Assembly: GCA_965224245.1 (NCBI GenBank)
Contig: OZ245046.1
Coordinates: 1,120,001-1,184,000, forward strand
Length of the DNA stretch: 64,000 nt
Source: Candidatus Eiseniibacteriota bacterium
Lineage (GTDB): Bacteria > Eisenbacteria > RBG-16-71-46 > CAZAMP01
Reading direction: 5' to 3'
Positions 18,455 through 28,100 of this stretch are shown in pieces (the stretch's first letter is position 1; each line of letters opens with the position of its first letter). A model generated the notes under the pieces. That model worked only from the letters and a program-made list of their open reading frames with translations. It ran no database searches and had not been told where the DNA came from. A program made the translations under genes and the position numbers.

Positions 18455-18853
18455 TTGCACAAAGGACAGCATCTCCTCGTAGACTGCCGGGACGTCCCGC
18501 GCGAGCTGTGTGTCGACGACCAGCGGCTTCTGGCCACGCTCGCCGAAGCGGCGTCCGCGAGCGGCGCCACGGTCATCTCGCAGGTCCGGTACCGCTTCGG
18601 GGCCGACTCGGCACCCGGCTGTACGGCGGTCGTCATGCTGGACGAGAGTCACTGCTCGGTGCACACGTACGCCGATCCCGGCCTGGCGGCATTCGACTTC
18701 TTCACCTGCGGCACGACCGATCCGAACGAGATCTGGGAGCGCGTTCGCGACGCGCTCGGGTTGGCCAGCGTCTCCACGCGCGAGGTCCCACGCTTCGAGA
18801 CCCGGCCGCCGGCGGGAGCGACGCTCGAGCCGATGCAGGCGGCGGTGGGGTAA
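18455..18853 (+). CDS. speD: pyruvoyl-dependent S-adenosylmethionine decarboxylase family protein
   Basis: GQHLLVD, LDESHCSVHTY (ES self-cleavage site), DFFTCG; TTG start. Confidence 0.88.
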   Translation: MHKGQHLLVDCRDVPRELCVDDQRLLATLAEAASASGATVISQVRYRFGADSAPGCTAVVMLDESHCSVHTYADPGLAAFDFFTCGTTDPNEIWERVRDALGLASVSTREVPRFETRPPAGATLEPMQAAVG

Positions 18854-18866
18854 AGGGGGTGCTGCG

Positions 18867-19100
18867 GTGGTCCCGCGTGATGACGACGACCCGTTCGTCG
18901 ACCCCAAGCGGCCGCGCCGGCGCAAGCCGGAGCCACGCGGCTCCGACGACGACTTCGATCGTGACGACGACGAGCGACCCAGGCGTCGCCGGCGGGTCGA
19001 TCAGGAAGACGACTTCGATGACGACTGGCTCGACGACGAGGATCTCGACTCGGACGGCGAGTTCGATCCGGACGAGGAGTTCGACGATGCCGAGGAGTGA
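18867..19100 (+). CDS. 77-aa highly charged Asp/Glu- and Arg-rich disordered microprotein
   Basis: AGGGGG RBS 7 nt before GTG; fills the gap between speD and the DHS gene and its 3' end carries the next gene's GAGGAG RBS. Confidence 0.65.
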   Translation: MVPRDDDDPFVDPKRPRRRKPEPRGSDDDFDRDDDERPRRRRRVDQEDDFDDDWLDDEDLDSDGEFDPDEEFDDAEE

Positions 19101-19103
19101 GCA

Positions 19104-20186
19104 ATGACCAGGCTCTCATCGCCGCCGGTGAACGCGGGCCCGAGGACGCGCTCGGGGCGCAAGGCCGAGCTCTTGCGGCGTGAGGTTCGTCACGTCGACG
19201 TGGAAGCGTTCGACGCCCGGCCGATCGTGCGCGCGTATCGGGACATGTCGTTCCAGGCCCGCAATCTCGCGTCGGCGGCCGACACGCTCGATCTGATGCT
19301 GGCCGACGAGGGCTGCGGTGTGATTCTGACGATCGCGGGCTCGCTGTGCAGCGCGGGCCTGAAGGACGCGATCGCCCTGATGATCGAGAACGGCATGGTC
19401 GACGTGATCGTGTCGACGGGCGCCAACATCGTGGACCAGGACTTCTTCGAGGCGCTCGGGTACCGGCACTACCACGGTCGCCCGGATCTGAACGATGACG
19501 AGCTGCGCGAGCTCGGCATCGATCGCATCTACGACACCCTCATCGACGAGGATGAGCTTCGCGTGTGCGACATGACGATCTCGGAGATCGCGGGAACGCT
19601 CGAGCCCAGGGCGCACTCGTCGCGCGAGTTCATCGCCGCCATGGGCGCCTGGTTGAACGAACGCGGCGTGAAGGCCGATCGATCGATCGTGCACGCGGCG
19701 TACGCGAACGACGTCCCGATCTACTGTCCGGCGTTCAGCGATTGCTCGGCCGGCTTCGGTCTGGTTCACCATCAGTGGAACAGGACGTCCTACGTCACGA
19801 TCGACTCGGTGGCCGACTTCCGCGAGCTCACCCGGCTGAAGCTGCACCTGGCCGACACCGGCATCCTGATGCTGGGAGGCGGCGTACCGAAGAACTTCAC
19901 GCAGGACATCGTCGTGGCGGCCGAGATCGTCGGCGAGAGCCGTCCCATGCACAAGTACGCGATCCAGATCACGGTCGCCGACGAGCGCGACGGCGCCCTG
20001 TCCGGGTCCACGCTCGAGGAAGCGTGCTCGTGGGGCAAGGTCGATCGCGCCCACGAGCAGATGGTGTACGGCGAGGCCACGATGATCGTCCCGATCCTGG
20101 TCAGCGATGCCTGGCATCGAGGCACGTGGCGGAAGCGCGAGCCCAAGCGGCTCTCGGCCGTGCTCGACGGCTCACCGCCGCGGTGA
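19104..20186 (+). CDS. deoxyhypusine synthase-like protein (homospermidine biosynthesis, SpeY-like)
   Basis: VSTGAN, IDRIYD, CPAFSDCS, GGGVPKNF, DGALSGSTLEEACSWGK (catalytic Lys), GEATM. Confidence 0.92.
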   Translation: MTRLSSPPVNAGPRTRSGRKAELLRREVRHVDVEAFDARPIVRAYRDMSFQARNLASAADTLDLMLADEGCGVILTIAGSLCSAGLKDAIALMIENGMVDVIVSTGANIVDQDFFEALGYRHYHGRPDLNDDELRELGIDRIYDTLIDEDELRVCDMTISEIAGTLEPRAHSSREFIAAMGAWLNERGVKADRSIVHAAYANDVPIYCPAFSDCSAGFGLVHHQWNRTSYVTIDSVADFRELTRLKLHLADTGILMLGGGVPKNFTQDIVVAAEIVGESRPMHKYAIQITVADERDGALSGSTLEEACSWGKVDRAHEQMVYGEATMIVPILVSDAWHRGTWRKREPKRLSAVLDGSPPR

Positions 20187-20765
20187 GATGTCGATGGCCA
20201 TTTCCGGGTAGAGCATCCGGACGCGCAAGTTCGCCTCGTCCACGAGCCGGTCGAAGAACGCCCAGTCGAAGCCGCGTGGATCCTGCCTCGAAGCCGCGAT
20301 GCTCGCGTGGGAGATCACCGACGAGCGGGGGATCCCCCGGCGGCGCATGATGTCGTACACGAGCTGGGAGACGACGTTGTACTGGTACGACGTGAAGTCA
20401 CCGCGGTCGCTCGCCAGCTTGTAGAGCTCGATGCCGATGGATCGGTTGTTGTACGACCGGCTCGGGATCTCCGACCCGGCGTGATTCGCGCGCTTCTCCT
20501 CGGGCACCATCCCGTAGAACTGACCGAACTCGCGGCCGATCAGATAGTGGATCGAGACGCTGCGCCCGTCCTTCGGGTCGGCGAGGTACCGGAGCGCCTC
20601 GTCGAACGGCCGGCCGCTGGACGTGTCGTGGAGCACGACGGTGTCGATCTTCACGCCCGGCTTTCGCGGCTTCTGGTACTTCGCGGGGTAGAACTTCATC
20701 GGCATCAGCGCCGGCAGACAGAGCTGGACCATGACGGCGTAGTCGGGATCGGCGTAGACGGCCAC
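20172..20765 (-). CDS. N-acetylmuramoyl-L-alanine amidase (Amidase_2)
   Basis: VVLHDT, VSIHYLI, RANHAG, NNRSIGIE, ISH...RQDP zinc-ligand pattern; GGAGG RBS. Confidence 0.85.
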   Translation of the reverse strand: MAVYADPDYAVMVQLCLPALMPMKFYPAKYQKPRKPGVKIDTVVLHDTSSGRPFDEALRYLADPKDGRSVSIHYLIGREFGQFYGMVPEEKRANHAGSEIPSRSYNNRSIGIELYKLASDRGDFTSYQYNVVSQLVYDIMRRRGIPRSSVISHASIAASRQDPRGFDWAFFDRLVDEANLRVRMLYPEMAIDISPRR

Positions 20766-20897
20766 CGAGGCACCTCCGGGTTCGAGAGAGCGCGGGATCG
20801 TGGGTCGGGCACGATCGGGCGGGGTTCATCCGGAAGACGGATCTCGCCCGTGAAACCGCACGGATAATCTCGCGACCGGGGTACGGGGGCGGGGGCG

Positions 20898-21476
20898 CTA
20901 GTGCTGCGCGAAGAGGCCGGCGAAGCCCATGAACGCCATGGACAGGATGCCCGCGATGATCAGGTTGACCGCCGTCCCCTTCATCAGCGCCGGAACGTTC
21001 GAGAGCTCGGCCTCCACCCGGATGCCGGCCATCAGGACGAGCGCCAGCGTGAACCCGGCGCCGGCGCCGAGTGCGAAGAAGATGCCCTCGACCAGATCGT
21101 ATCCGCGGTTCGTCTGGAAGAGCGCCAGCGCCAGGATCGCGCAGTTGGTGGTGATCAGCGGGAGGAAGATCCCGAGGGCACGGAAGAGGACCGGGCTCAG
21201 CCGGCGGATGGCCATCTCCACGAACTGCACCGTGCTGGCGATCACGGCGATGAACGCGATCAGGCGCAGGTACGGCGCGTGGACGAGCACGAACGAGTTC
21301 AGAGCCCACGCGCAGAGCGACGTGATCAGCATCACGAACGTGGTCGCGAGCCCCAGCCGGAGCGCGGTGTCGAGGCGGCCGGACACGCCGAAGAACGGGC
21401 ACAGTCCGAGAAAGTAAGCGAGGGTGAAGTTGTTGATCACCATCGCGCTCACGAAGATCCAGAGCCAGTCGCCCAT
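20898..21476 (-). CDS. rnfA: Rnf complex subunit A
   Basis: NNFTLAYFLGLCPFFGVS, LGIFLPLITTNCAIL, MAFMGFAG. Confidence 0.95.
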   Translation of the reverse strand: MGDWLWIFVSAMVINNFTLAYFLGLCPFFGVSGRLDTALRLGLATTFVMLITSLCAWALNSFVLVHAPYLRLIAFIAVIASTVQFVEMAIRRLSPVLFRALGIFLPLITTNCAILALALFQTNRGYDLVEGIFFALGAGAGFTLALVLMAGIRVEAELSNVPALMKGTAVNLIIAGILSMAFMGFAGLFAQH

Positions 21477-22126
21477 CACGCCGCCGTCCGTTTCCGGGCC
21501 TCGGCCGCTTCTCGCCGCCGGGCTCCCATCGCGTTGAAGGCGAGCAGGATGAGCCCCAGCATCAGGAACCCGCCCGGGGGCAGGATCATGATCACCCACG
21601 GCTCGAAGTCGGGTCCGAAGAGCGACACCCCGAAGAGGCTGCCGCTGCCCAGGATCTCGCGGACGCCTCCCAGGCACAGGAGCGCGAACGCGAATCCCAC
21701 CGCCATCCCGCTCGCGTCCGCCAGCGCGCGTCGGGGGGTGTTGCGCGACGCGAACGCCTCCTGACGGCCCAGAATCAGGCAGTTCACGACGATCAGGGGG
21801 ATGAACGCACCGAGCTGCTTGTGCACCGGCGGGGCCACCGCCAGGATCGTGAAGTCCGCGACGGTCACGAACGTGGCGATGATGACGATGTAGGTCGAGA
21901 TGCGGACCTGCTTGGGGATGTGACGGCGCAGGAGCGAGATGATGAGGCTCGACGCGACCAGCACGAACGCGGTCGCGGCCCCCATCGTCACCGCGTTGAC
22001 CGCCGAGTTCGTGACCGCCAGCATCGGGCACATGCCGAGCACCTGCACGAACACCGGGTTCTCCCGCCAGAGGCCCTTGGCGAACTCGGCGCCCAGTGAG
22101 CGCGGCGGACCGGCGATCGGCGTCAT
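21476..22126 (-). CDS. rnfE: Rnf complex subunit E
   Basis: GLWRENPVFVQVLGMCPMLAVT, FIPLIVVNCLILGR, ILPPGGF. Confidence 0.95.
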   Translation of the reverse strand: MTPIAGPPRSLGAEFAKGLWRENPVFVQVLGMCPMLAVTNSAVNAVTMGAATAFVLVASSLIISLLRRHIPKQVRISTYIVIIATFVTVADFTILAVAPPVHKQLGAFIPLIVVNCLILGRQEAFASRNTPRRALADASGMAVGFAFALLCLGGVREILGSGSLFGVSLFGPDFEPWVIMILPPGGFLMLGLILLAFNAMGARRREAAEARKRTAA

Positions 22127-22827
22127 GGCGTGCCCCCGCCGTCCGGCGCGGCCCGCGTTCCGGTGGGTGGGGCCGACTCCAGCCGAGGGCGCCACGTGTC
22201 GAGCGCGCGCTGGATGATCCCCAGCACGGCGCGCGAGGAGATCGTGGCTCCGGTGATCGCGTCGATCTCGTTCGGAGCGCTGGCGCCGCCCTTGGTCACG
22301 ACCAGCTCTCCGTCGGCGGCGAGCGCGTCGAACTGGGCCACGAACGCGGGATCGCGGTAGATCTTGTCGCCGAGCCCGGGCGTCTCCCGGCTCTCCAGAA
22401 CACGCATGCCGGTCACGCGCTTCGTCGCGGGGTCGTACCCGAAGATCAGCTCGATCGCGTCCTGGTAGCCGGGACCCTCGCCTTCGATCGCGTAGCCGAG
22501 GACGCGCCCGGACGCGTCCGTGGCGGCATACACCACCTCCACCTCGTCTCCGGCCGGGATGTCGCCGGCGTCCGCCGCGTCCCCGGTGGCGCCGGGGTCG
22601 ATCCAGGCCCCGTTCGCAAAGCGGCGGTTCTCCATCGCGGCCGCCCCGGGAACGACCTCGAACACCGAGGCGCGGAGCTCGCGCGCCCGGTTCGCCTCGA
22701 TCGTGGGCAACGTCAGCTCGTAGATGCCCGCGATGGCCACGCCCGACAGGAGCGCGGTCACCGTGAGCGTGCCCACGAGTCGCGGCGTGCCGGCCTCCTC
22801 GCGCCGGATCAGCGGGGTCGTGGTCAC
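22123..22827 (-). CDS. rnfG: Rnf complex subunit G (covalent FMN)
   Basis: N-terminal TM helix, ETPGLGDKI, DAITGATISS flavinylation motif; GAGGAG RBS before GTG. Confidence 0.92.
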   Translation of the reverse strand: MTTTPLIRREEAGTPRLVGTLTVTALLSGVAIAGIYELTLPTIEANRARELRASVFEVVPGAAAMENRRFANGAWIDPGATGDAADAGDIPAGDEVEVVYAATDASGRVLGYAIEGEGPGYQDAIELIFGYDPATKRVTGMRVLESRETPGLGDKIYRDPAFVAQFDALAADGELVVTKGGASAPNEIDAITGATISSRAVLGIIQRALDTWRPRLESAPPTGTRAAPDGGGTP

Positions 22828-23837
22828 GCTCCGCTCCTCTCGTGGCCGAACGCACGGGGCTGGTCCACGCGTTCCAGCAGCGGTGTGGCCGCGTTCATCA
22901 GCAGGATGGCGTACATGACGCCCTCGGGCATCCCGCCGAAGCGACGGATGAGGACGACCAGAAAGCCGATCCCGAGCCCGAAGACCCATGCGCCCCGGGG
23001 CTCGAGCGGTGACGTGACGGGGTCGGTGGCCATGAAGACCGCACCGAAGAGCACGCCGCCGGACAGGAGCATGAACGCCCCCGACGGATGCTGGGCCGGG
23101 GCGATCAGGTGGAGCACGGTCGAGAACACCGCGACCGACGCGAGGACGCCGAGCGGGATGCGCCAGTCGAACGCGCGGCGCAGGAGAAGCCATCCCCCCA
23201 CGAGGACCAGGATCGCGGCGCTCGTCTCGCCGAGCGAGCCCGACGTGTGTCCCCAGAAGAGATCGGTGATCGGGGTCGGGTCGTGATCGAACTTCATGCG
23301 GGACAGCGGAGTCGCGGACGTGACGGCATCCACGTCTCCCCGCATGAACGGCAGCGCGAGGTTCTGTCCCCGGAGCGCGAGGAACTCGCCGGCGCCCCCG
23401 GACGGGGACCAGGTCGTGAGCGTCGTCGGAAAAGAGGCCTGCAGGAACGCCCGGCCCACGAGCGCCGGGTTGAAGAGGTTGTGCCCGAGCCCGCCCCACA
23501 CGAGCTTCCCGAGCGCGATCGCCGCGACGCCGCCCACGAAGGCCATCCAGAGCGGGATTCCCGGCGGCAGCGTGAGCCCCAGGAGAAGACCCGTCAGCGC
23601 CGCGCTGCCGTCGCCGAGCGTGCGCCCGCGCGGTGTCGTGAACACGGCCTCGGTCGCCACCGCGCCCAGGGTGGCGGCGGCCAGCACGAGCAGGGCGCTC
23701 AGGCCGAAGTACCACGTCGCGGCCGCCACCACCGGCACGAGCGCGATGAGCACGTCGACCATGAGGCGCGGCGTCGTGATCTCGCGCTTCAGATGGGGAC
23801 CCGTGTGCAGCAGCAGACGCGGGTCGGTGCGGCTCAT
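22824..23837 (-). CDS. rnfD: Rnf complex subunit D
   Basis: GGLGHNLFNPALVGRAFL, DAVTSATPL FMN motif, GSLGETS, FMATDPVTSP. Confidence 0.95.
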   Translation of the reverse strand: MSRTDPRLLLHTGPHLKREITTPRLMVDVLIALVPVVAAATWYFGLSALLVLAAATLGAVATEAVFTTPRGRTLGDGSAALTGLLLGLTLPPGIPLWMAFVGGVAAIALGKLVWGGLGHNLFNPALVGRAFLQASFPTTLTTWSPSGGAGEFLALRGQNLALPFMRGDVDAVTSATPLSRMKFDHDPTPITDLFWGHTSGSLGETSAAILVLVGGWLLLRRAFDWRIPLGVLASVAVFSTVLHLIAPAQHPSGAFMLLSGGVLFGAVFMATDPVTSPLEPRGAWVFGLGIGFLVVLIRRFGGMPEGVMYAILLMNAATPLLERVDQPRAFGHERSGA

Positions 23838-25159
23838 GGGCGCTTCCTCTCGCGGATGACGCCCTTGGCCACGCGAATCAGATGAACGATGGGGATGTTC
23901 GACGGACACGTGTACGAGCACGAGCCGCACTCCATGCAGTCCAGCGCGAAGTACGAGTCCATCTCCTCGTATCGCCCTGCGCGCGCGAGCCGGGCGAGCC
24001 GTGAGGGGTTCAGGAAGGCCGGACACGCCTCCAGGCACCGGCCGCACCGGACGCATGCGTACTCGGTATGGCGCTCGACCTCGGCGGCCGTGAACGCCAG
24101 CACGCCGGACGTCCCCTTCAGGATCGGGACGTCGAGGCTGGCGATCGGGCGGCCCATCATCGGCCCGCCGAGGAGCACCTCGCGGGTCTCGGGGGTCAGG
24201 CCGCCGCAGTGGTCGATCAGATCGCGAACCGGGGTCCCGATCGGCACCAGGAGGTTCGCGGGACGCTGGATGCCGGGACCGGCCACGGTGACGACACGTT
24301 CGATGAGCGGGCGTCCGTGATCGAACCAGTCGGCGATGCCGGCCATCGTGCCCACGTTGTTGACGATCATGCCCACGTCGATGGGCAGCTTGCCCGCGGG
24401 CACCTCCAGGTCGAAGAGCGACTTGATCAGCATCTTCTCGGCACCCTGCGGGTACTTCGTCTCCAGCGCGACCACGTCGATCTCGGAATCACGGCCGACG
24501 GCGCGCGTCAATGCCTCGATCGCGTCGGGCTTGTTGCGTTCCACGCCGATGGTCGTGCGGTGGACGCCGAGGAAGTGCGCCGTGACGTGGATGCCGCGCA
24601 CGATTGCGTCGGCCCGTTCGACCATCAGCCGATGATCACAGGTCAGGAAGGGCTCGCACTCGCAGCCGTTCACGAGCAGGCGGTCCACACGTTTGCCCTC
24701 GGGGACCGCGTACTTCACGTGCGACGGGAACGCGGCGCCGCCGAGCCCCACGAGTCCCGCACGCTGGACCTCGGCGATGAAGGTCTCGATCGTCAGCGAG
24801 TTCAGATCGGGCGGCGGCGTGCTGCCGAGCCGCTGGGGAGCGAAGGGGTCGGTGACCAGCTCCAGCGCGGGTGCGATCGTTCCGTCCGGATGGCGAAAGC
24901 GCCCGATCGACGCGATCTCGCCCGCGGCCGGCGCATGCAGCGTTGTCGACATGAATCCGTCGGCCGTCGCCAGTGTCTGGCCGCGCTCGACGCGATCCCC
25001 GACGCTCACGATCGGCACCGACGGCTTTCCCGCGTGCTGGCCGAGGAGCAGCACGTAGCGGGGCACGAACGGCATGCGCGTGATCGCGAGGTGACCGGTC
25101 TCCTTGTGCTCGCTCGGGTGCACGCCGTGGGCGAACGTGGGGGGAAAGGAGGGGGTCAT
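23834..25159 (-). CDS. rnfC: Rnf complex subunit C (short form)
   Basis: GVHP, GLVGLGGAAFPSHVK, NGCECEPFLTCD, YPQGAEK, GGPMMG, CVRCGRCLEACP, CMECGSCSYTCP. Confidence 0.95.
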   Translation of the reverse strand: MTPSFPPTFAHGVHPSEHKETGHLAITRMPFVPRYVLLLGQHAGKPSVPIVSVGDRVERGQTLATADGFMSTTLHAPAAGEIASIGRFRHPDGTIAPALELVTDPFAPQRLGSTPPPDLNSLTIETFIAEVQRAGLVGLGGAAFPSHVKYAVPEGKRVDRLLVNGCECEPFLTCDHRLMVERADAIVRGIHVTAHFLGVHRTTIGVERNKPDAIEALTRAVGRDSEIDVVALETKYPQGAEKMLIKSLFDLEVPAGKLPIDVGMIVNNVGTMAGIADWFDHGRPLIERVVTVAGPGIQRPANLLVPIGTPVRDLIDHCGGLTPETREVLLGGPMMGRPIASLDVPILKGTSGVLAFTAAEVERHTEYACVRCGRCLEACPAFLNPSRLARLARAGRYEEMDSYFALDCMECGSCSYTCPSNIPIVHLIRVAKGVIRERKRP

Positions 25160-28100
25160 GCCGGCGTCTCCTCGTCGGAGGTGTCGGCCGGCGGGTCGGC
25201 CGCGCGCTCGATCGCCGGGTCGGACGGCACGTGCGCCATCGCGCTCGCCATGAGGTTGGCGGCCAGCCGGTCGGCCAGCTCGAGCTCGACGTCGGTCCGG
25301 AGCGCGGCCAGCTTCGCCTCGTACTCGGTGCGCAGCGTGTCGAGCGCCTGCGCGTGACGCTCCGCATCGGCCCGGCGGACCTCGTCGGCCGTGCGATCGG
25401 CCACGGCGGTGATCAGGCCGGCTCGCTCGGTGAGGATCGCGCCGGCGCGATCGGGATCGGGGTTGCCGTCGAGAGACAGGCGCGTCCCGTCGGCCCCGGG
25501 TCGAAACACGTACAGCGGTACGTCGCCCCGGGACACGGCGCCGCGGGCCTCGTCGAGGACGGTGTCGATCGTGACGTCGCCGTCCGGTACCGGGGCCAGC
25601 ACGCGAACGACGCCGGATCCGCCGCCGGCGAGCACCGAGCGGATGCCGGCGACGAGGTGATCGGCATGCGCGATCGTGGACTGCACGACGGTCGCGCCAC
25701 CCAGCGCCAGCAGCGCCAGGCCCGGGTCGTGTCCGGTGTCGGGTGCCTGACGACCGAGGAGCAGGACCAGCACCGGCGTGTCGGTGCGCACGAGCGCGAG
25801 GAGATCGCCCCACGTGCCGGGGGACATCTCGTCCTCGTCGGCGAGGAGGACGAGCGGCGCCAGGGCACGGCGATCCTCGTCGGACAGCTTCTCCAGCGGG
25901 TCCTCGGGACCGGCGCTCGGGCGTGCGGTGGCCAGCGTCTCGGCCCGGTGCACGGTCCGCGCGTCGTCGAGGGCCGCGCGAGCACGCGCCGACGCCAGCC
26001 CTGCCACGAGCGGGATGCTCGTGCCCGTCATGTCGACGACCACCGGCTGGGGAAACGGGTTGATCGGGAAGCGCGTCATCGAGGCGAAGCGAGGGCTGGA
26101 TGCCACCACCAGGCCGGCCCGCGCGCGGCCCAGTCCGGTGGGAGCGGTCTCGAGTCGCCACCGAAGGTCGGCCAGGTCCCGTGCGGTGGTGACCAGCCGC
26201 TGGATCACACCGGCGTCGAGCCTCCCCGCGCTGGAGGCGCCTTCGATGCTCGCGGCCAGCTTGGAGATCGTCAGCTCGGCGTCGGCGAACGCCGCCACGC
26301 CGTCCTCGAGCGCGGCCAGGTCGTCGGTGGGCAACGCGTCGGCGAGCGTTCCCCGGAGTCGTGTGCCGAGCGCGTCCTCCATCGAGCGGATGCGGCTCAC
26401 GAGATCGCGAACGGCGGGCTGGACCTGCGACTCGATCGCGCCCAGTACGAGCCGCAGCGCGATCCGCGCCGAGGCGGACGCCTCGTCGGTCGACCCCGGA
26501 CCGAACGCGCGCAGGCAGTGTCGGGTCAGGAACGTCCCCGCGGCCTCACCGACGTCGTCGCGCTCGCGCGCGGCCGCGATGGTCGCGCCGCTCGTGTCGG
26601 GCAGCCACTCCCATCGGGACCAGGCGCGCGCGAGGGCATCCTGCGCGGACGGCCCGGCCTCGGGGCCCGGAGCGACCAGCGCATCCTCGGGACACTCCGC
26701 GATGCACAGCCCGCAGCCCGTACACGCGCCGGGGTCGATCGCGAGCGTGAGGAGCTCTCCGGCTCCGGGCGCACGCGCGTCCGGGTCATCAAAGAACGCC
26801 CGCGTCCGCGCGATCGGCAGGTCTCCGACCTCGGCCAGAAGCGCCTCGAACGCCCCGACCAGCGCATCCCGCCGCTCGGCGCTCGGGGCCATCTTCTCCA
26901 CGAGCCACCCGAACGCGCCGGCCAGCGCTGGACCGAACGTGCCGGCGGCCTCGCGTCCGGATCTGTTCGTGTCGGACGTCTCGGCCGGCTGCCCGGTCGT
27001 GCCGCCCGCGTCGATCGCGCGATGGGTCCGATCGGCGAGCTTGCCGAGAACCGGCTGCAGAACGCTGACGTCGTGGCCGCGCGCGGCCAGCCGCGCGATC
27101 GCCGCGTCGAGGATCCGTCGGACACCGAGGGCGACCGGACCGATGGCGCCCTCGGGACAGGCGATCCAGCAGATGCCGCACCCGGTACACGCGGTCGGGA
27201 CGAACCGGGGCACGTCCTCCGGCGGCGTGCCACCGGCCACCAGCGCACCCGAGAGTGCCGGGATCGTGCCCGCCGCCAGATGGGGATCGGGCGACAGCGT
27301 CACGCCGCGCTGCTCGGCGATCGGCAGACCCACCTCGCCCCAGAAGCGGGGCAGGCTGTCGTGGTAATCGTCGGTCCGCCGCATCGCCGCGAGGGAGTAC
27401 GGCCGCTCCGATCGGACCGCCGTTCGTGGCGGGACCGTCACCGGCCCGGATCCGGTCGCGTCGGGCGTCCCGACGATCGCGCGGGCGGCCGCATCGGGAT
27501 GATCGCCGAGAACGCGCTCGACCAGAATCCGCCGCTTCGGGTCGGTGGACGCGTCGACGCCGAACGACACGCCCAGGTAGAGAGGTCCATCGGGCAGGCT
27601 GTCGGCCCGACACAGCGCGGCCACGTCCTCGAGGCGCACGGGACGTCCCCCGAGCCCGACGTAGACCGACCGAATGGTGGGGATCGGTCTGCGTCCGCGG
27701 GAGAGCGTTCGCGATGGAGCGCTCTCGAGTGCGCGCACGAAGGCGTCGAGGATCTCGCGGGTGAGCGGTCCCGGTCCCGTGCGGGTCGGCGCCGCCTGCT
27801 CCAGCACGCAGACCTCGTTCGCGTCGCGAAGCGCGTCGGCCAGGTCGGGAAGCGGCGAGAGGCTCTTCAGCGCCAGCACGTGGGCCCGGTTCTCGCGTGC
27901 CGCCGCCACGACGGTGTCGGTGGCGTCACCGAGCACGATGAGCGTCCGGCGCGCACGGCGAACGCGCTCGGTCCGGACGAGGCTCGGCGCCCATCCCATC
28001 GCCCCGGTCAGGTGATCCCGCGCGCGCTCGACGAGCGACGCCAGTGGCGCGAGCTGGAAGAGATCCCGTCCGACCGCGCCCAGTGCCCACGTCTCGGCGT

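Noticed and set aside
18880-19100. GAC-rich repeats here and at 49735-49770 as CRISPR or VNTR
   Set aside because: They are Asp codon runs within small ORFs, with no repeat-spacer structure
19104-20186. True eIF5A/EF-P hypusination system
   Set aside because: No efp or hydroxylase gene nearby; characterised bacterial DHS-like enzymes make homospermidine
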